DNA of 60,608 bases, the filler included. It is 2 parts of 2 records of this genome, joined end to end, with 100 filler letters (N's around TTAATTAATTAA, not from the genome) between each part and the next. Parts side by side here need not be neighbours in the genome. Positions count along the whole stretch, not along the records: positions 1 to 31,982 come from SRR22947727_2400; 1 more part is not named here. The stretch is one strand, 5' to 3'. The notes below the pieces were generated by a model. That model saw only the letters and a program-made list of their open reading frames with translations, was not told the DNA's origin and searched no databases. This document shows, piece by piece, positions 1-11,611 of the stretch. The translations under genes were made by a program, and so were the position numbers. Position 1 is the first letter of the stretch. Each line of letters begins with the position of its first letter.

Positions 1-1231
1 TGTTGGTGTTGGTGCCAGCCGTGTTCGCGATATGTTTGAACAGGGCAAGAAAAACGCGCCTTGTATCATCTTCATTGACGAAATTGACGCGGTTGGACGG
101 CATCGTGGTGCCGGTCTTGGCGGCGGCAATGACGAACGCGAACAGACGTTGAACCAGATGCTTGTTGAAATGGATGGTTTTGAGGCGAATGAAGGGGTGA
201 TCCTGATCGCTGCAACCAACCGCCCTGACGTGCTTGATCCGGCGTTACTTCGCCCGGGTCGTTTTGACCGGCAGGTTGTTGTGCCAAATCCAGATGTGAT
301 CGGCCGCGAAAAAATTCTGAAAGTTCACATGCGCAAAACGCCACTTTCCGAGGGTGTTGAGCCGCGCGTAATCGCCCGTGGCACCCCCGGTTTTTCAGGT
401 GCTGACCTTGCCAATCTGGTGAATGAGGCGGCATTGCTGGCAGCGCGTAAAGGCCGCCGCACGGTCTCAATGGCCGAATTTGAAGAGGCCAAGGATAAGG
501 TCATGCTTGGTGCCGAACGCCGGTCAATGGTGATGACTGACGAGGAAAAGCGCCTGACAGCCTATCACGAGGCTGGACATGCTGTTGTGGCATTGCATTG
601 CTCTGCATCTGATCCAATCCATAAAGCCACCATCATTCCGCGCGGACGTGCGCTTGGCATGGTGATGCGGCTTCCAGAAGGCGATCGTATTTCACTGGCG
701 CGTGACAAAATTCACGCCGATTTGCGGGTGGCCTGTGGTGGCCGAATTGCCGAAGATCTGATCTTTGGTCATGACAAGATTACCACTGGTGCGTCATCTG
801 ATATCCGTATGGTTACCGATATGGCACGCCGGATGGTGACTGAATGGGGCATGTCTGACAAGCTGGGCTTTTTGGCCTACAGCGCAGATGAGCAGGAAGT
901 TTTCCTTGGCCGGTCAGTGTCGCAGCAAAAGAATGTTGCTGATGCGACCGCGTCGATCATTGATGATGAAGTGCGCCGGATTGTTGATGAGGCCTATAAA
1001 GACGCTACCAAAATCCTCAAAAAGAACGATGTTGAGCTGGAACGCTTGGCGCAGGGCTTGCTCGAATATGAAACGCTTGATGGCAACGAAATCAAGATTA
1101 TCGTTGAAGGTGGCACGCTAGTTCGCAAAGATGCCGAGGACACGCCAATCAATCAAAAGCCAAAGCGCAAATCGCGGACCGGCCTTCCTGGTACTGGTCG
1201 GCCGAAAAAGCCGGGCAGCGAACCTGCCTAA
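1..1231 (+). CDS. ftsH: ATP-dependent zinc metalloprotease FtsH (5' truncated by window edge)
   Basis: Frame open from window start ([12 protein letters not shown]). Walker [35 protein letters not shown], zinc motif HEAGH. Confidence 0.98.
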   Translation, partial: VGVGASRVRDMFEQGKKNAPCIIFIDEIDAVGRHRGAGLGGGNDEREQTLNQMLVEMDGFEANEGVILIAATNRPDVLDPALLRPGRFDRQVVVPNPDVIGREKILKVHMRKTPLSEGVEPRVIARGTPGFSGADLANLVNEAALLAARKGRRTVSMAEFEEAKDKVMLGAERRSMVMTDEEKRLTAYHEAGHAVVALHCSASDPIHKATIIPRGRALGMVMRLPEGDRISLARDKIHADLRVACGGRIAEDLIFGHDKITTGASSDIRMVTDMARRMVTEWGMSDKLGFLAYSADEQEVFLGRSVSQQKNVADATASIIDDEVRRIVDEAYKDATKILKKNDVELERLAQGLLEYETLDGNEIKIIVEGGTLVRKDAEDTPINQKPKRKSRTGLPGTGRPKKPGSEPA

Positions 1232-1243
1232 GCCTGTATTTTG

Positions 1244-2335
1244 ATGAATACAGACGCGACATCCAAACTAGCCTATGAGGCGGTGCCAAAAGTGCCGCCT
1301 TTTTGCCAACCAACATGGCTTCGCCCTATCGTCACATCCGGCGGCCAGCATAAATTGGCTGGCGGACATGCCAGCTTTTGCCAGCTTGATGTTGTCATGG
1401 CTGATGGTGATGATGGGTATGTGGCCAGCCGGATGGATTGCGAACAGCTTTTTGCCCTTGCCGATGATCGGAATATGGCAAGCAAGGCCATTGATGATTT
1501 GACCATTGCGCGGCCGCATTTTGCTGGTCTTGATATGGGTCGGTCGCATTTAATGGCGGTGCTGAATGTAACTCCTGACAGCTTTTCAGATGGCGGGGTT
1601 AATCTTGGCCCAGCCAAGGCAATTGCCGCTGGCAAGGCGATGGCAGCGGCAGGTGCGTCAATCATTGATATTGGTGGCGAATCCACCCGTCCGGGCGCCG
1701 AGCTGGTGAGCCGTAATCAGGAATTGGCTCGTATTCTGCCTCCGATTACCGCATTGGCGCGGGCTGATATGCTGATTTCGGTTGATACCCGCCATGCCGC
1801 GGTGATGACACGGGCAACCGGGGCGGGGGCAGCGATCATAAATGATGTTGAGGCATTGCAGGGCGAAGATGCGATGAAGGCCGCCGCGGCAAGCGGTGCG
1901 CCAGTGGTCATGATGCATATGAAGGGGACGCCCGAAACCATGCAACAAGATCCGGTCTATGATTTTGCACCGGTAGAAATTTACGAATTTTTGAAACAGC
2001 GCGTTGCGGCGGCGATTGCCGCTGGCATTCCGGCAACATCAATTGCCATTGATCCCGGCTTTGGCTTTGGCAAGACAGTGACTCATAATCTGCAATTGGT
2101 GAATTGGTTGTCACTATTTCATGGGCTTGGTGTTGTTGTTCTGTTTGGGGCCAGCCGCAAATCGTCAATTGCGAAAATATCGGCTGGCGAACCGGCCGAA
2201 GCGCGGCTTGCCGGATCATTGGCATTGGCTGCAGCGGCATGGCGGCAGGGCGCGCAGATTATTCGCGTTCACGATGTTGCCGAAACGGCGCAAGCGCTGG
2301 CGGTCGAGGCGGCATTGCGCGCCACCGACAGCTGA
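1244..2335 (+). CDS. folP: Dihydropteroate synthase with N-terminal extension
   Basis: LNVTPDSFSDGG, IDIGGESTRPG, DPGFGFGK, SRK, RVHDV motifs. Conserved ftsH-folP-glmM order. Confidence 0.96.
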   Translation: MNTDATSKLAYEAVPKVPPFCQPTWLRPIVTSGGQHKLAGGHASFCQLDVVMADGDDGYVASRMDCEQLFALADDRNMASKAIDDLTIARPHFAGLDMGRSHLMAVLNVTPDSFSDGGVNLGPAKAIAAGKAMAAAGASIIDIGGESTRPGAELVSRNQELARILPPITALARADMLISVDTRHAAVMTRATGAGAAIINDVEALQGEDAMKAAAASGAPVVMMHMKGTPETMQQDPVYDFAPVEIYEFLKQRVAAAIAAGIPATSIAIDPGFGFGKTVTHNLQLVNWLSLFHGLGVVVLFGASRKSSIAKISAGEPAEARLAGSLALAAAAWRQGAQIIRVHDVAETAQALAVEAALRATDS

Positions 2336-2456
2336 TTTTGGATTGTTTTGAGTGCTTGTGAAATAGGGGCAAGCTATTCTATCCTAAACCCAAGCAGCCA
2401 TTTGGCTGCAAATACGATTGCCAAAATGTGATCGACAAAGTGACAAAGGAAACATC

Positions 2457-3806
2457 ATGGCAGGATTATTCGGTACCGACGGCGTACGCGCGCGCATCAA
2501 TACAGGGCCGATGACTGCCGAAGCCGTTGTAAGACTGGCATTGGCTGCGGGGCGTTGGTTTGCCGATCATAATGACCGGTCTAGCCATGCACGCCCGATT
2601 GTTGTCATTGGCAAGGATACGCGTCTTTCAGGCTATATGTTGGAATCGGCATTGGTTGCAGGCTTTACCTCAATCGGACTTGATTGCCGTTTGCTTGGCC
2701 CGATCCCAACGCCAGCGGTGGCGCATTTAACGCGCTCGCTTCGGGCGGAATTGGGCGTGATGATCTCGGCTAGCCATAACCCGCATCATGATAATGGCAT
2801 CAAGCTGTTTGGCCCTGATGGGTTTAAGCTTGATGACAAAATCGAAGCTGAAATTTCGGCATTGGCTGCCGGTTCAATTGCGCTTGCTGACGCGCCTGAT
2901 CTTGGCCGTGCGCGCCGCATGCTTGATTCAGTTGGTCGCTATGTTGAATTTGCCAAATCCACCTTGCCCGGGCGCACGCGTCTTGATGGGCTAAAGCTGG
3001 TTGTTGATTGTGCGAATGGCGCTGCCTATCGCGCCGCGCCGGATACGCTTTATGAACTTGGTGCCGAAATTGTGCCATTGGCGGTATCGCCTGACGGTCT
3101 CAATATTAATGAAAATTGCGGTGCGGTTCATCCGCAGGTGATGGCAGCAGCAGTGGTGGCGCATGGTGCCGATGCGGGGATTTGCCTTGATGGTGATGCC
3201 GACCGGCTGATCATGGCTGATGAAACGGGCAAAATTATTGATGGTGACCAGATTCTGGGCTGCCTTGCGCTTGCCATGCAGGAACGCGGAACGCTTGCCA
3301 ACAACGCGGTTGTTGGCACGGTGATGACCAATCGCGGCCTTGAGGCCAGACTTGGCAAGGCAGGGATTGATTTGCATCGCGTTGCTGTTGGTGATCGCTA
3401 TATTCTTGAAAAGATGCGGCAAGATGGGCTGAATCTTGGTGGCGAACCGTCAGGCCATATGCTGATGACCGATTTTGCAAGGTCGGGTGACGGCTTGCTG
3501 ACGGCATTGCAGATGCTAACCCTGCTCAAGACAAGCGGCAAAAAAGCCAGCACGCTGTTCAACAGCTTTTCGCCAAACCCCCAAAGGCTGGAAAATCTGC
3601 GCGGAATTGATCCGGCGATTCTTCAGGATAAAAAGCTGCAATCCGACCTTGCTACTATTGAGGCTAATCTAAACGGCAAGGGGCGTGTTCTGGTACGCTC
3701 ATCTGGAACCGAAGCTTTGGTTCGGGTGATGGTCGAAGCCGAAACTGACGCGCTTTTAACCGAGGCAATGGATGCGTTAATTTTGCGCATTACCGCCAAG
3801 GCTTAA
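2457..3806 (+). CDS. glmM: Phosphoglucosamine mutase
   Basis: FGTDGVR, SASHNP phosphoserine loop, DGDADR, GGEPSGH, RSSGTE. ATG 2457 follows an AAAGGA RBS. Confidence 0.96.
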   Translation: MAGLFGTDGVRARINTGPMTAEAVVRLALAAGRWFADHNDRSSHARPIVVIGKDTRLSGYMLESALVAGFTSIGLDCRLLGPIPTPAVAHLTRSLRAELGVMISASHNPHHDNGIKLFGPDGFKLDDKIEAEISALAAGSIALADAPDLGRARRMLDSVGRYVEFAKSTLPGRTRLDGLKLVVDCANGAAYRAAPDTLYELGAEIVPLAVSPDGLNINENCGAVHPQVMAAAVVAHGADAGICLDGDADRLIMADETGKIIDGDQILGCLALAMQERGTLANNAVVGTVMTNRGLEARLGKAGIDLHRVAVGDRYILEKMRQDGLNLGGEPSGHMLMTDFARSGDGLLTALQMLTLLKTSGKKASTLFNSFSPNPQRLENLRGIDPAILQDKKLQSDLATIEANLNGKGRVLVRSSGTEALVRVMVEAETDALLTEAMDALILRITAKA

Positions 3807-3895
3807 TAAAATCGTTCAAAAACATATGCTTGTCGGTTAGGAATTTATTTTCCTCTACCGGTCAGGCAGCATGTTGACTTGCGATATCATTTTAT

Positions 3896-3935
3896 GCGAC
3901 TTCTTTTGGCGGGCCGCTATCCCCCAACGGATAGC
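3896..3935 (+). promoter_or_regulatory. Putative serC leader-type RNA element
   Basis: Perfect hairpin GCTATCC-CCCAAC-GGATAGC (3916-3935). Its loop CCAA is complementary to upstream TTGG (possible pseudoknot). Lies just upstream of serC-serA, where an alphaproteobacterial serC leader is known. Confidence 0.45.
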
Positions 3936-3959
3936 CAAATCTGAGCGCGAGAATGTGTT

Positions 3960-5132
3960 ATGTCAACATATGCCAAACCGGCAAACCGTCCGGTTATGCC
4001 GTATTTTTCTTCCGGACCAACAAAGAAACGTCCGGGATGGTCTCCAGCCGCACTTGAAGATGCTTGCACCGGTCGGTCGCATCGTTCAGCACCTGCAAAA
4101 GATAAAATCCAAACAGCGATGACCCTCGCTCGCGAGATTCTGGGTCTGCCTGATGATTATCGCATCGGCATTGTTCCGGGCTCGGATACGGGCGCGGTTG
4201 AGATGGCAATGTGGTCAATGCTTGGTGCGCGCGGCGTTGAACTTTTGGCGTGGGAATCCTTTGGCAAGGATTGGGTTACCGATGCGGTGAGCCAGTTGAA
4301 AATTGATCCGGTGACACATGTTGCCCCATATGGGCAATTGCCTGACCTGAGTGCGGTCGATTTCAATAATGATGTCATTTTCACTTGGAACGGCACCGCG
4401 GCTGGCGTCAAAGTGCCGAATGGCGATTGGATTCCCGATGATCGTGCCGGTTTGACCATTGCCGATTCAACATCTGCCTGTTTTGCGATGGATTTGCCAT
4501 GGCAAAAGCTTGATGTTGTAACCTTTAGTTTCCAGAAATCGCTTGGCGGTGAGGGCGGGCTTGGCGTGCTGATCCTGTCTCCGCGCGCTGTTGAACGGCT
4601 TGAAAGCCACACCCCATCTTGGCCAATTCCAAAATTGTTCCGTTTGACCTCTAAGGGCAAATTGAATGACGGCATTTTTGACGCTGCGACGATCAATACG
4701 CCGTCGATGCTGGTGGTTGAAGATGCGATTGATGCGCTGAATTGGGCAAAATCAATTGGCGGATTGCCAGCGTTAATCGCGCGGTCGAATGCCAGCCTTG
4801 ATGCGGTGAAATCATGGGTTGCGAACACGCCATATTTCGGGTTTCTGGCACAAGATCCGGCGACAATTTCAAACACTGGAATCACCCTGTCGATTACTGA
4901 TCCTTGGTTTGTCGCGTTAGATGATGCGGCAAAAAAGACAGTTGCTTCGCAGCTTGAAAAAATCTTGGTAAAAGAGGGGGTTGCACTTGACGCCGCATCA
5001 TATCGTGATGCGCCTCCCGGGTTGCGAGTCTGGGCTGGCCCAACGGTTGAGCCAAGTGATGTCGAGGCGCTATTACCGTGGCTGGATTGGGCCTATGCCG
5101 AAATCCGCCAAGCCGGATCGGCTGCTGCCTAA
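3960..5132 (+). CDS. serC: Phosphoserine aminotransferase (alphaproteobacterial/Methanosarcina type)
   Basis: FSSGP, GRSHRS, SDTGA, TFSFQK PLP-lysine motif, TINTPSML. Adjacent to serA. Confidence 0.94.
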   Translation: MSTYAKPANRPVMPYFSSGPTKKRPGWSPAALEDACTGRSHRSAPAKDKIQTAMTLAREILGLPDDYRIGIVPGSDTGAVEMAMWSMLGARGVELLAWESFGKDWVTDAVSQLKIDPVTHVAPYGQLPDLSAVDFNNDVIFTWNGTAAGVKVPNGDWIPDDRAGLTIADSTSACFAMDLPWQKLDVVTFSFQKSLGGEGGLGVLILSPRAVERLESHTPSWPIPKLFRLTSKGKLNDGIFDAATINTPSMLVVEDAIDALNWAKSIGGLPALIARSNASLDAVKSWVANTPYFGFLAQDPATISNTGITLSITDPWFVALDDAAKKTVASQLEKILVKEGVALDAASYRDAPPGLRVWAGPTVEPSDVEALLPWLDWAYAEIRQAGSAAA

Positions 5133-5252
5133 TCTGCAATATCGACGACCGCAATCCTGCGGTGCTGGCATCATATCAACGCTGTATCGATGCCAATTTA
5201 ATTGCCATGAATTGCCCTGTTTGTGGGGCCAGTTAATGAATGAGATGAAACC

Positions 5253-6842
5253 ATGCCAAAAGTGTTGATTAGTGACAAATTAAGCCCGCGTGCGGCGACG
5301 ATTTTTGAGGAACATGGCATTGATGTTGATGTCAAGCCGGGGCTTTCACCCGATGAATTAAAGGCCATTATTGCCGATTATGATGGGCTGGCAATCCGTT
5401 CGGCGACCAAGGTTACGGCTGATATTTTGAACGCCGCCACAAATCTGAAAGTCGTTGGCCGTGCTGGGATTGGGGTGGATAATGTCGATATTGCGGCGGC
5501 AACCAAACGCGGTGTGATCGTGATGAATACGCCGTATGGCAACGCCGTTACAACTGCCGAACATGCCATTACCTTGATGCTGTCCTTGGCGCGGCAAATT
5601 CCCGATGCCAATAAATCCACCAAAGCTGGTAAATGGGAAAAATCACGCTTTATGGGGACCGAAATTACCGGCAAAACATTAGGTCTGATTGGCTGTGGCA
5701 ATATCGGAACGATCGTTGCTGAACGCGCACAAGGCTTGAAAATGCGGGTTATTGGATATGATCCGTATCTTAGCCCTGAAAATGCAACCCGGCTTGGCAT
5801 TGAAAAGCTTGAGTTTGATGAATTATTGGCGCGGGCAGATTTTATCACGCTTCACACGCCATTGACCGATGCAACGCGTAATATCATTAGCGCTGATGCG
5901 TTGAACAAGACCAAAAAGGGCGTTCGGATTGTCAATTGTGCGCGTGGCGGTCTTGTTGATGAATTGGCGATGGCGGCAGCATTGAAAAGCGGCCATGTTG
6001 CTGGTGCCGCCTTTGATGTGTTTGAGGTAGAACCTGCCACCGATAATGTGCTTTTTGGTTTTGATAATGTCATTGCCACGCCGCATCTTGGTGCCAGCAC
6101 CACCGAAGCACAGGAAAAAGTGGCGCTTCAGGTGGCTGAACAAATGGCTGATTACCTGATGAAAGGGGCAGTCACCAACGCCTTGAATATGGCATCTGTT
6201 TCAGCCGAAGAAGCCCCTGTTCTAAAGCCCTATATGGTGCTTGGTGGCTTGCTTGGCAGCTTTTTGGGACAGGTCGAAGCCGATGGCATCACCGCGGTGG
6301 TGATCGAATTTGACGGCAAGGCAGCCGCGCTAAACCCAGAACCGGTTTTGGCAACAACTTTGGCAGGACTTCTTGGACCGGCAATGGAGTCAGTCAATAT
6401 GGTCAATGCCGCTGCGGTTGCCTCGTCAAATGGTATTGCCGTGTCGACAGTTCGCCATGATCGCCAGTGCGATTATGAAACTCTGCTTCGGGTGACAATT
6501 TCGCATAAAACAGGTGATCGGACGATTGCCGGAACCTTGGTTGGTGGGAATAAGCCGCGGATTGTCGAGGTGCAGCATATCGCTGTCGAATCAGATTTCC
6601 CGCCACATCTTCTCTATCTTCGCAATTATGACAAGCCGGGCTTTATTGGTGATCTTGGCAGTCTTTGTGGCAAGCATGGAATCAATATCGCGACCTTCCA
6701 TCTTGGGCGGCGTGAAGCTGGCGGCGAGGCGGTTGCTCTTGTCGAGATTGATGGCGGCTTGCCGAAAACCATGTTGCCTGAAATTCGCGCGCTGGATCAA
6801 GTGGTGCGTGCCGACGCATTGCATTTCGCGCTTGATATCTAA
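5253..6842 (+). CDS. serA: D-3-phosphoglycerate dehydrogenase (ASB + ACT domains)
   Basis: GRAGIGVDNVD, GCGNIG Rossmann motif, NCARGG, TPHLGAST, C-terminal ACT (DKPGFIG). Confidence 0.97.
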   Translation: MPKVLISDKLSPRAATIFEEHGIDVDVKPGLSPDELKAIIADYDGLAIRSATKVTADILNAATNLKVVGRAGIGVDNVDIAAATKRGVIVMNTPYGNAVTTAEHAITLMLSLARQIPDANKSTKAGKWEKSRFMGTEITGKTLGLIGCGNIGTIVAERAQGLKMRVIGYDPYLSPENATRLGIEKLEFDELLARADFITLHTPLTDATRNIISADALNKTKKGVRIVNCARGGLVDELAMAAALKSGHVAGAAFDVFEVEPATDNVLFGFDNVIATPHLGASTTEAQEKVALQVAEQMADYLMKGAVTNALNMASVSAEEAPVLKPYMVLGGLLGSFLGQVEADGITAVVIEFDGKAAALNPEPVLATTLAGLLGPAMESVNMVNAAAVASSNGIAVSTVRHDRQCDYETLLRVTISHKTGDRTIAGTLVGGNKPRIVEVQHIAVESDFPPHLLYLRNYDKPGFIGDLGSLCGKHGINIATFHLGRREAGGEAVALVEIDGGLPKTMLPEIRALDQVVRADALHFALDI

Positions 6843-7111
6843 TCGCCGGTTTTCGCTGGCGGAAGGGCCGCGTTTCGGCTGTGGTCATGGCTGGCATGGA
6901 ATGCTGATAAATTAAACTTTGCCACTGGCATGGTACCGTTGCCTTTGCCGCGTGAACTCTGCTATAAACGGCCGCGGTTCATGCGGCCCGTCGGCATGAT
7001 CTATGGTTTCAAGGTAGGCGAACTTGACCCGTTGCAATATCGCAGCGGTATGGCGTCTTTCCTGTCTTTCGATCTTGATGTCGATCCCTTCGGTGGGACA
7101 AAGGGTTTTTC

Positions 7112-8410
7112 ATGGCAAATGTAGCGGTAATTGGTGCGCAATGGGGTGATGAGGGCAAAGGCAAGATCGTCGATTGGTTGTCAAGCCGCGCTGATGTTGT
7201 TGTCAGGTTTCAAGGTGGCCACAATGCGGGTCATACGCTTGTCATTGACGGTGTCGAATATAAATTATCACTTTTGCCATCAGGCATTGTGCGGCCAGGA
7301 AAACTATCGGTCATTGGCAATGGTGTGGTGATTGATCCGGCGCATTTGCTCAAGGAAATTGGCATTTTGCGCGGTCAGGGCGCGGCAATCAGTCCGGCCA
7401 GCCTTTTGGTATCCGAATCTGCGGCTTTGATTTTGCCGGTTCATCAAGCGGTTGATGCGGCGCGTGAAGCGTTGCGCGGTGCTGGTAAAATTGGCACAAC
7501 CGGTCGCGGTATTGGCCCTGCCTACGAGGATAAGATTGCGCGCCGCGCGGTTCGTCTTGGCGATTTGGCATCCGAAGATGTTCTAACGGAAAAGCTGGCG
7601 GAACTGGTGGCGCATCACAATGTCTGGCTTGCCGCCGCTGAACAGCCGCTTGCCGATGCGGATAAGATGAAGGCCGATCTTTTGGCGATGCGTGATGAAT
7701 TGCTGACTTATACTGGCCAGAGCTGGCGTTGTCTTGCCGATGCGCGCACGGCAAATAAGCGGGTTTTGTTTGAAGGTGCCCAAGGGGTGATGCTTGATAT
7801 TGATCACGGCACTTATCCTTTCGTGACCTCAAGCAATACTGTGGCAGGTCAGGCCGCAACCGGTGCGGGTACCGGCCCAACCGATATTGGATTTGTTCTT
7901 GGCATTACCAAGGCCTATACAACCCGCGTTGGTAGTGGCCCATTCCCAACCGAGGATTTTGGTGCCGATGGCGACCGGATGGGCGAACGTGGCCGCGAAT
8001 TTGGCACTGTCACCGGACGCAAGCGGCGTTGCGGCTGGTTTGACTCGGTTATGGTTCGGCAGGCAGGTCATGTTGCTGGCATCACCGGCATGGCTTTGAC
8101 CAAGCTTGATGTTCTTGATGGGTTTGATGTTTTAAAAATATGCGTTGGCTATCAAATTGACGGCAGCGACAAGGTGTTGGATTATTTCCCGTCCGATGCT
8201 GGCGCACAGGCCGCTTGCAAGCCAATTTACGAAGAAATGCCCGGCTGGTCAGATAGCACCTATGGTGCGCGCAGTTGGGCTGAATTACCCGCCAATGCGG
8301 TTAAATATATCCGCCGTGTCGAAGAATTGACCAAATTGCCCGTTACGCTGCTATCAACAAGCCCCGAACGCGATGATACGATTCTGGTTCGCGACCCGTT
8401 TGAAGGCTAG
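7112..8410 (+). CDS. purA: Adenylosuccinate synthetase
   Basis: [40 protein letters not shown]. Confidence 0.98.
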   Translation: MANVAVIGAQWGDEGKGKIVDWLSSRADVVVRFQGGHNAGHTLVIDGVEYKLSLLPSGIVRPGKLSVIGNGVVIDPAHLLKEIGILRGQGAAISPASLLVSESAALILPVHQAVDAAREALRGAGKIGTTGRGIGPAYEDKIARRAVRLGDLASEDVLTEKLAELVAHHNVWLAAAEQPLADADKMKADLLAMRDELLTYTGQSWRCLADARTANKRVLFEGAQGVMLDIDHGTYPFVTSSNTVAGQAATGAGTGPTDIGFVLGITKAYTTRVGSGPFPTEDFGADGDRMGERGREFGTVTGRKRRCGWFDSVMVRQAGHVAGITGMALTKLDVLDGFDVLKICVGYQIDGSDKVLDYFPSDAGAQAACKPIYEEMPGWSDSTYGARSWAELPANAVKYIRRVEELTKLPVTLLSTSPERDDTILVRDPFEG

Positions 8411-9324
8411 GCGTCAGCTTCGCTGTGATTCGGCAATAGCTGCATTTCTTCGGCCTTGTCGCGAACGGCTTTTTGCAGCTTTTCAAAGGCGCGAACTTCA
8501 ATCTGGCGAATCCGTTCGCGGCTAACGCTGAATTCAGCCGCCAGATCTTCGAGTGTTAGCGGCGGCTCGGCAAGCCGTCGCGCTTCGAGAATGCGTTGTT
8601 CGCGCGGGTTTAGTCCCTGCATTGCATCAACCATCAGATTGCGGCGCGCGCCGTATTCTTCCTGCTCGGCAAAGCTGGTTTCCTGATCAACACTGTCATC
8701 TTCCAGCCAATCCTGCCATTCGCCGCTGCCCTCGCCATCGCGGCTAAGAGGTACATTCAACGATCGGTCATTGCCAGCCATGCGCTGATTCATCGAAACC
8801 ACTTCGGTTTCGGACACATCTAGCTGGGTCGCAATCTGCGTAACCTGTTCGGGCTTTAGATCGCCATCTTCAATCGCTTGGATCTGTCCTTTGATGCGGC
8901 GAAGATTGAAAAACAGTTTCTTTTGTCCAGCGGTGGTGCCGATTTTGACCAGCGACCATGACCGCAAGATATATTCCTGAATTGCCGCTTTGATCCACCA
9001 CATGGCATAGGTGGCAAGCCGAAAGCCCTTTTCAGGTTCAAATTTTTTGACCGCATGCATCATGCCAAGATTGCCCTCAGAGATCAGATCGGCAACTGGA
9101 AGGCCGTAACCGCGATATCCCATCGCGATTTTGGCGACAAGCCGCAAATGGCTTGTCACCAGCTTATGCGCAGCCTTGACGTCACCTTTGTCTTTCCATG
9201 ATTTTGCCAGCATATATTCTTCGCCCGGCTCCAGCATTGGAAAGGCGCGAATTTGCTCAAGGTAGCGCGACAGATTTCCATCTGGGCTAATCGCAGGAAG
9301 CATAGATTTAGCAGCCATTTTCAT
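8407..9324 (-). CDS. rpoH: RNA polymerase sigma-32 factor
   Basis: Sigma70-family region 2 plus RpoH box [10 protein letters not shown]. Region 4 SRERIRQIE. Confidence 0.96.
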   Translation of the reverse strand: MKMAAKSMLPAISPDGNLSRYLEQIRAFPMLEPGEEYMLAKSWKDKGDVKAAHKLVTSHLRLVAKIAMGYRGYGLPVADLISEGNLGMMHAVKKFEPEKGFRLATYAMWWIKAAIQEYILRSWSLVKIGTTAGQKKLFFNLRRIKGQIQAIEDGDLKPEQVTQIATQLDVSETEVVSMNQRMAGNDRSLNVPLSRDGEGSGEWQDWLEDDSVDQETSFAEQEEYGARRNLMVDAMQGLNPREQRILEARRLAEPPLTLEDLAAEFSVSRERIRQIEVRAFEKLQKAVRDKAEEMQLLPNHSEADA

Positions 9325-9540
9325 TTCTCCTCGGGATCGGACTCATATCGTTAGGCAAGTTTGCGTCGCTTTGGCGCGACGCTATCGCGCTTTGCCGATC
9401 TTTCCAAAAATTGATCGAACCATTTAATCGGGGCTAGATTAAGGCGATTTTTTGCAAAACTCTTTTTCAATAATTCTAATTTTCGTACATATAGACGGTT
9501 AAAACCCGAAAATTACGCGCAGTAATCGCAAAAATCAATT

Positions 9541-10581
9541 CTAGCCAGAAGGATGGGTTTTTCCAGTCGCGCGGTCGGAAACAGTGCGTTCCATCAGCGC
9601 GAGGAGACCCGCCATATCGTCGGGAAGCGGTGTTTCAAAATGCAGTGCCTCGCCGGTAATCGGATGGGCAAAGCCGAGCCGCGCTGCATGCAGCGCCTGA
9701 CGGCCAAAATCGCGCATCTGTGACAGGCCGGTACGCGCCAGATTATCCGGCATTTGTCCCGAACGTGGTGCCCGTCCATATAACGGATCGCCGATCACCC
9801 CATGATTGATATGCGCCATATGAACACGGATCTGATGTGTTCTGCCAGTTTCAAGACGGCATTCAATATGCGAACCAAAAGGCGGGAAACGGCGCAGCAA
9901 TTGCCAATGCGTTACCGCGTTACGGCCTTTGGTGGTGATGGCTTGGCGTTTACGGTCATAGCTGGCGCGGCCGATTGGTTGGTCAATCGTGCCATCACGT
10001 TCAACACTTGTTCCCCAAACAAGCGCTTGATAGCGCCGGTCAATATCATGCGCGGCAAACATTCCTGTCAGGCCGTGATGCGCCGCATCGGTTTTGGCGA
10101 CTACCATCGTGCCAGAAGTGTCTTTATCAAGACGGTGAACAATACCTGGCCGCATGACCCCGCCAATGCCGGTAAGCGATGGCCCGCAATGGGCGATCAG
10201 CGCATTCACCAAAGTACCAGTTAGCGACCCGGGCGCCGGATGCACAACCAGCCCTGCCGGTTTGTTCAGGACAATCAAATGCGAATCTTCAAACAGAATA
10301 TCAAGTGCGATATTTTCGGCCTTTGGCACCGCATCAACCGGCGATGGCAAAATCAGCGCATAGCTTGCGCCGGGTTTGACCGGTGCTGATGGATCGGTTA
10401 GGGTGCGCCCATCTTCGCTTAGCTGCCCATCATGGATCAGCGCTTTAATCCGGCTGCGAGATAAAGGCTGGCTTGGCGTGCCAAAATGGGTCGCCAGAAA
10501 CCGGTCAACGCGGTCGGCAGGTATATCGTCAGCGGCAAGATGAACAAGACGGGTTGTTGGATCGTCAGAGGAATAGGTCAT
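9541..10581 (-). CDS. rluD: RluA-family 23S rRNA pseudouridine synthase (RluD-like, S4 domain)
   Basis: NKPAGLVVHP, catalytic HRLDKDTSG, LETGRTHQIRVH, QALHA. Confidence 0.9.
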   Translation of the reverse strand: MTYSSDDPTTRLVHLAADDIPADRVDRFLATHFGTPSQPLSRSRIKALIHDGQLSEDGRTLTDPSAPVKPGASYALILPSPVDAVPKAENIALDILFEDSHLIVLNKPAGLVVHPAPGSLTGTLVNALIAHCGPSLTGIGGVMRPGIVHRLDKDTSGTMVVAKTDAAHHGLTGMFAAHDIDRRYQALVWGTSVERDGTIDQPIGRASYDRKRQAITTKGRNAVTHWQLLRRFPPFGSHIECRLETGRTHQIRVHMAHINHGVIGDPLYGRAPRSGQMPDNLARTGLSQMRDFGRQALHAARLGFAHPITGEALHFETPLPDDMAGLLALMERTVSDRATGKTHPSG

Positions 10582-10957
10582 GGATCAGGACAATAAAGCA
10601 AAAGCGGCAAATACAACAGCCCCACAATCATCTGAAACAATCACCGAAGCGCCATCGGCTGTTGTCCGGAATCTTGGGCTGATCAAGGCAATGGCCATCA
10701 TCATGGCAATTTTGATCGTGGCGGCATTGGCGGTCATTATCGTGACAATCTATAGCCGGCTTACCGCCGCCAATTCGGCCAAGGCAATCCAGCAAAGTGA
10801 GCTTGTGATTCCTGCTGATAGCCGGATTACCGGTGCCAGCCTTGGTGATAAGGGGCAAATGCTTGTCATTATCGAAGATAAAACCGGCCAGCAATTATGG
10901 CAGCTCGACGCGTCAGGTAAAATTCAGCGCAAAACCCGCATCGCACCTCAGCAGTAA
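10580..10957 (+). CDS. Hypothetical single-pass membrane protein
   Basis: ORF divergent from rluD with hydrophobic segment AMAIIMAILIVAALAVIIVTIY. Confidence 0.7.
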   Translation: MDQDNKAKAANTTAPQSSETITEAPSAVVRNLGLIKAMAIIMAILIVAALAVIIVTIYSRLTAANSAKAIQQSELVIPADSRITGASLGDKGQMLVIIEDKTGQQLWQLDASGKIQRKTRIAPQQ

Positions 10958-10982
10958 GATTTGCCACTCACGCAATTATTGC

Positions 10983-11327
10983 CTAAAGACCCAAATTGGA
11001 TTTGGCCGATAAAAGCAGCCGTTCCAGCGGCATGTCGCTAAAGCTCCACACGTCAAACCCGATCGCCAGCGGCAAAACATAATACCGAATGATAAACAGG
11101 ATACCCGCAGCGTAAAGCGGCAAGAGGCGGCTGATGATAAAGGCTGGCTTGATCAAGCTGATCACCGCATAGATTGGGGCATTGAGCCCACGCAACAGCC
11201 GTAACAGCGAAAAGCCACTATCTTCATTCATCACAATGATCAGTAGAAAATGCACAAAGCTGGTCCACATCAACAAACCAAAAGGCATATCGATCAAAAT
11301 GCCGATTGGAGGGGTGATTGTAATCAT
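10983..11327 (-). CDS. Small membrane protein, possibly YggT-like
   Basis: 114-aa hydrophobic ORF. Family call is a weak resemblance only. Confidence 0.55.
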   Translation of the reverse strand: MITITPPIGILIDMPFGLLMWTSFVHFLLIIVMNEDSGFSLLRLLRGLNAPIYAVISLIKPAFIISRLLPLYAAGILFIIRYYVLPLAIGFDVWSFSDMPLERLLLSAKSNLGL

Positions 11328-11611
11328 GTAAATGGTTCCAAATCGCGATCATTGATGCGGGGCTGTATCTGCCACCATAAAAACTGAATAACGGGCGCGA
11401 TGCAAGCCCAAGATCCTGCGCCCGCGTGATGAAAAGCGGCAACCAGAATTGATCGGGGGGTGGCATATTGCGTTAAAAAAAGATACATAAGGACGATGTG
11501 ATTGGTGGTTTGTGATTGCTGGGCTGAATTTGCCTGTTTTGACGCGCCATGCATCATTGAAAATGCAGTATCGAAAACCCCGACGCGACCCGAAAGAGAA
11601 TTGGAAAAATC

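Noticed and set aside
10579-10582. Divergent genes with start codons overlapping in CATG
   Set aside because: Probably start-site uncertainty or genome compaction. No further evidence of a special mechanism.
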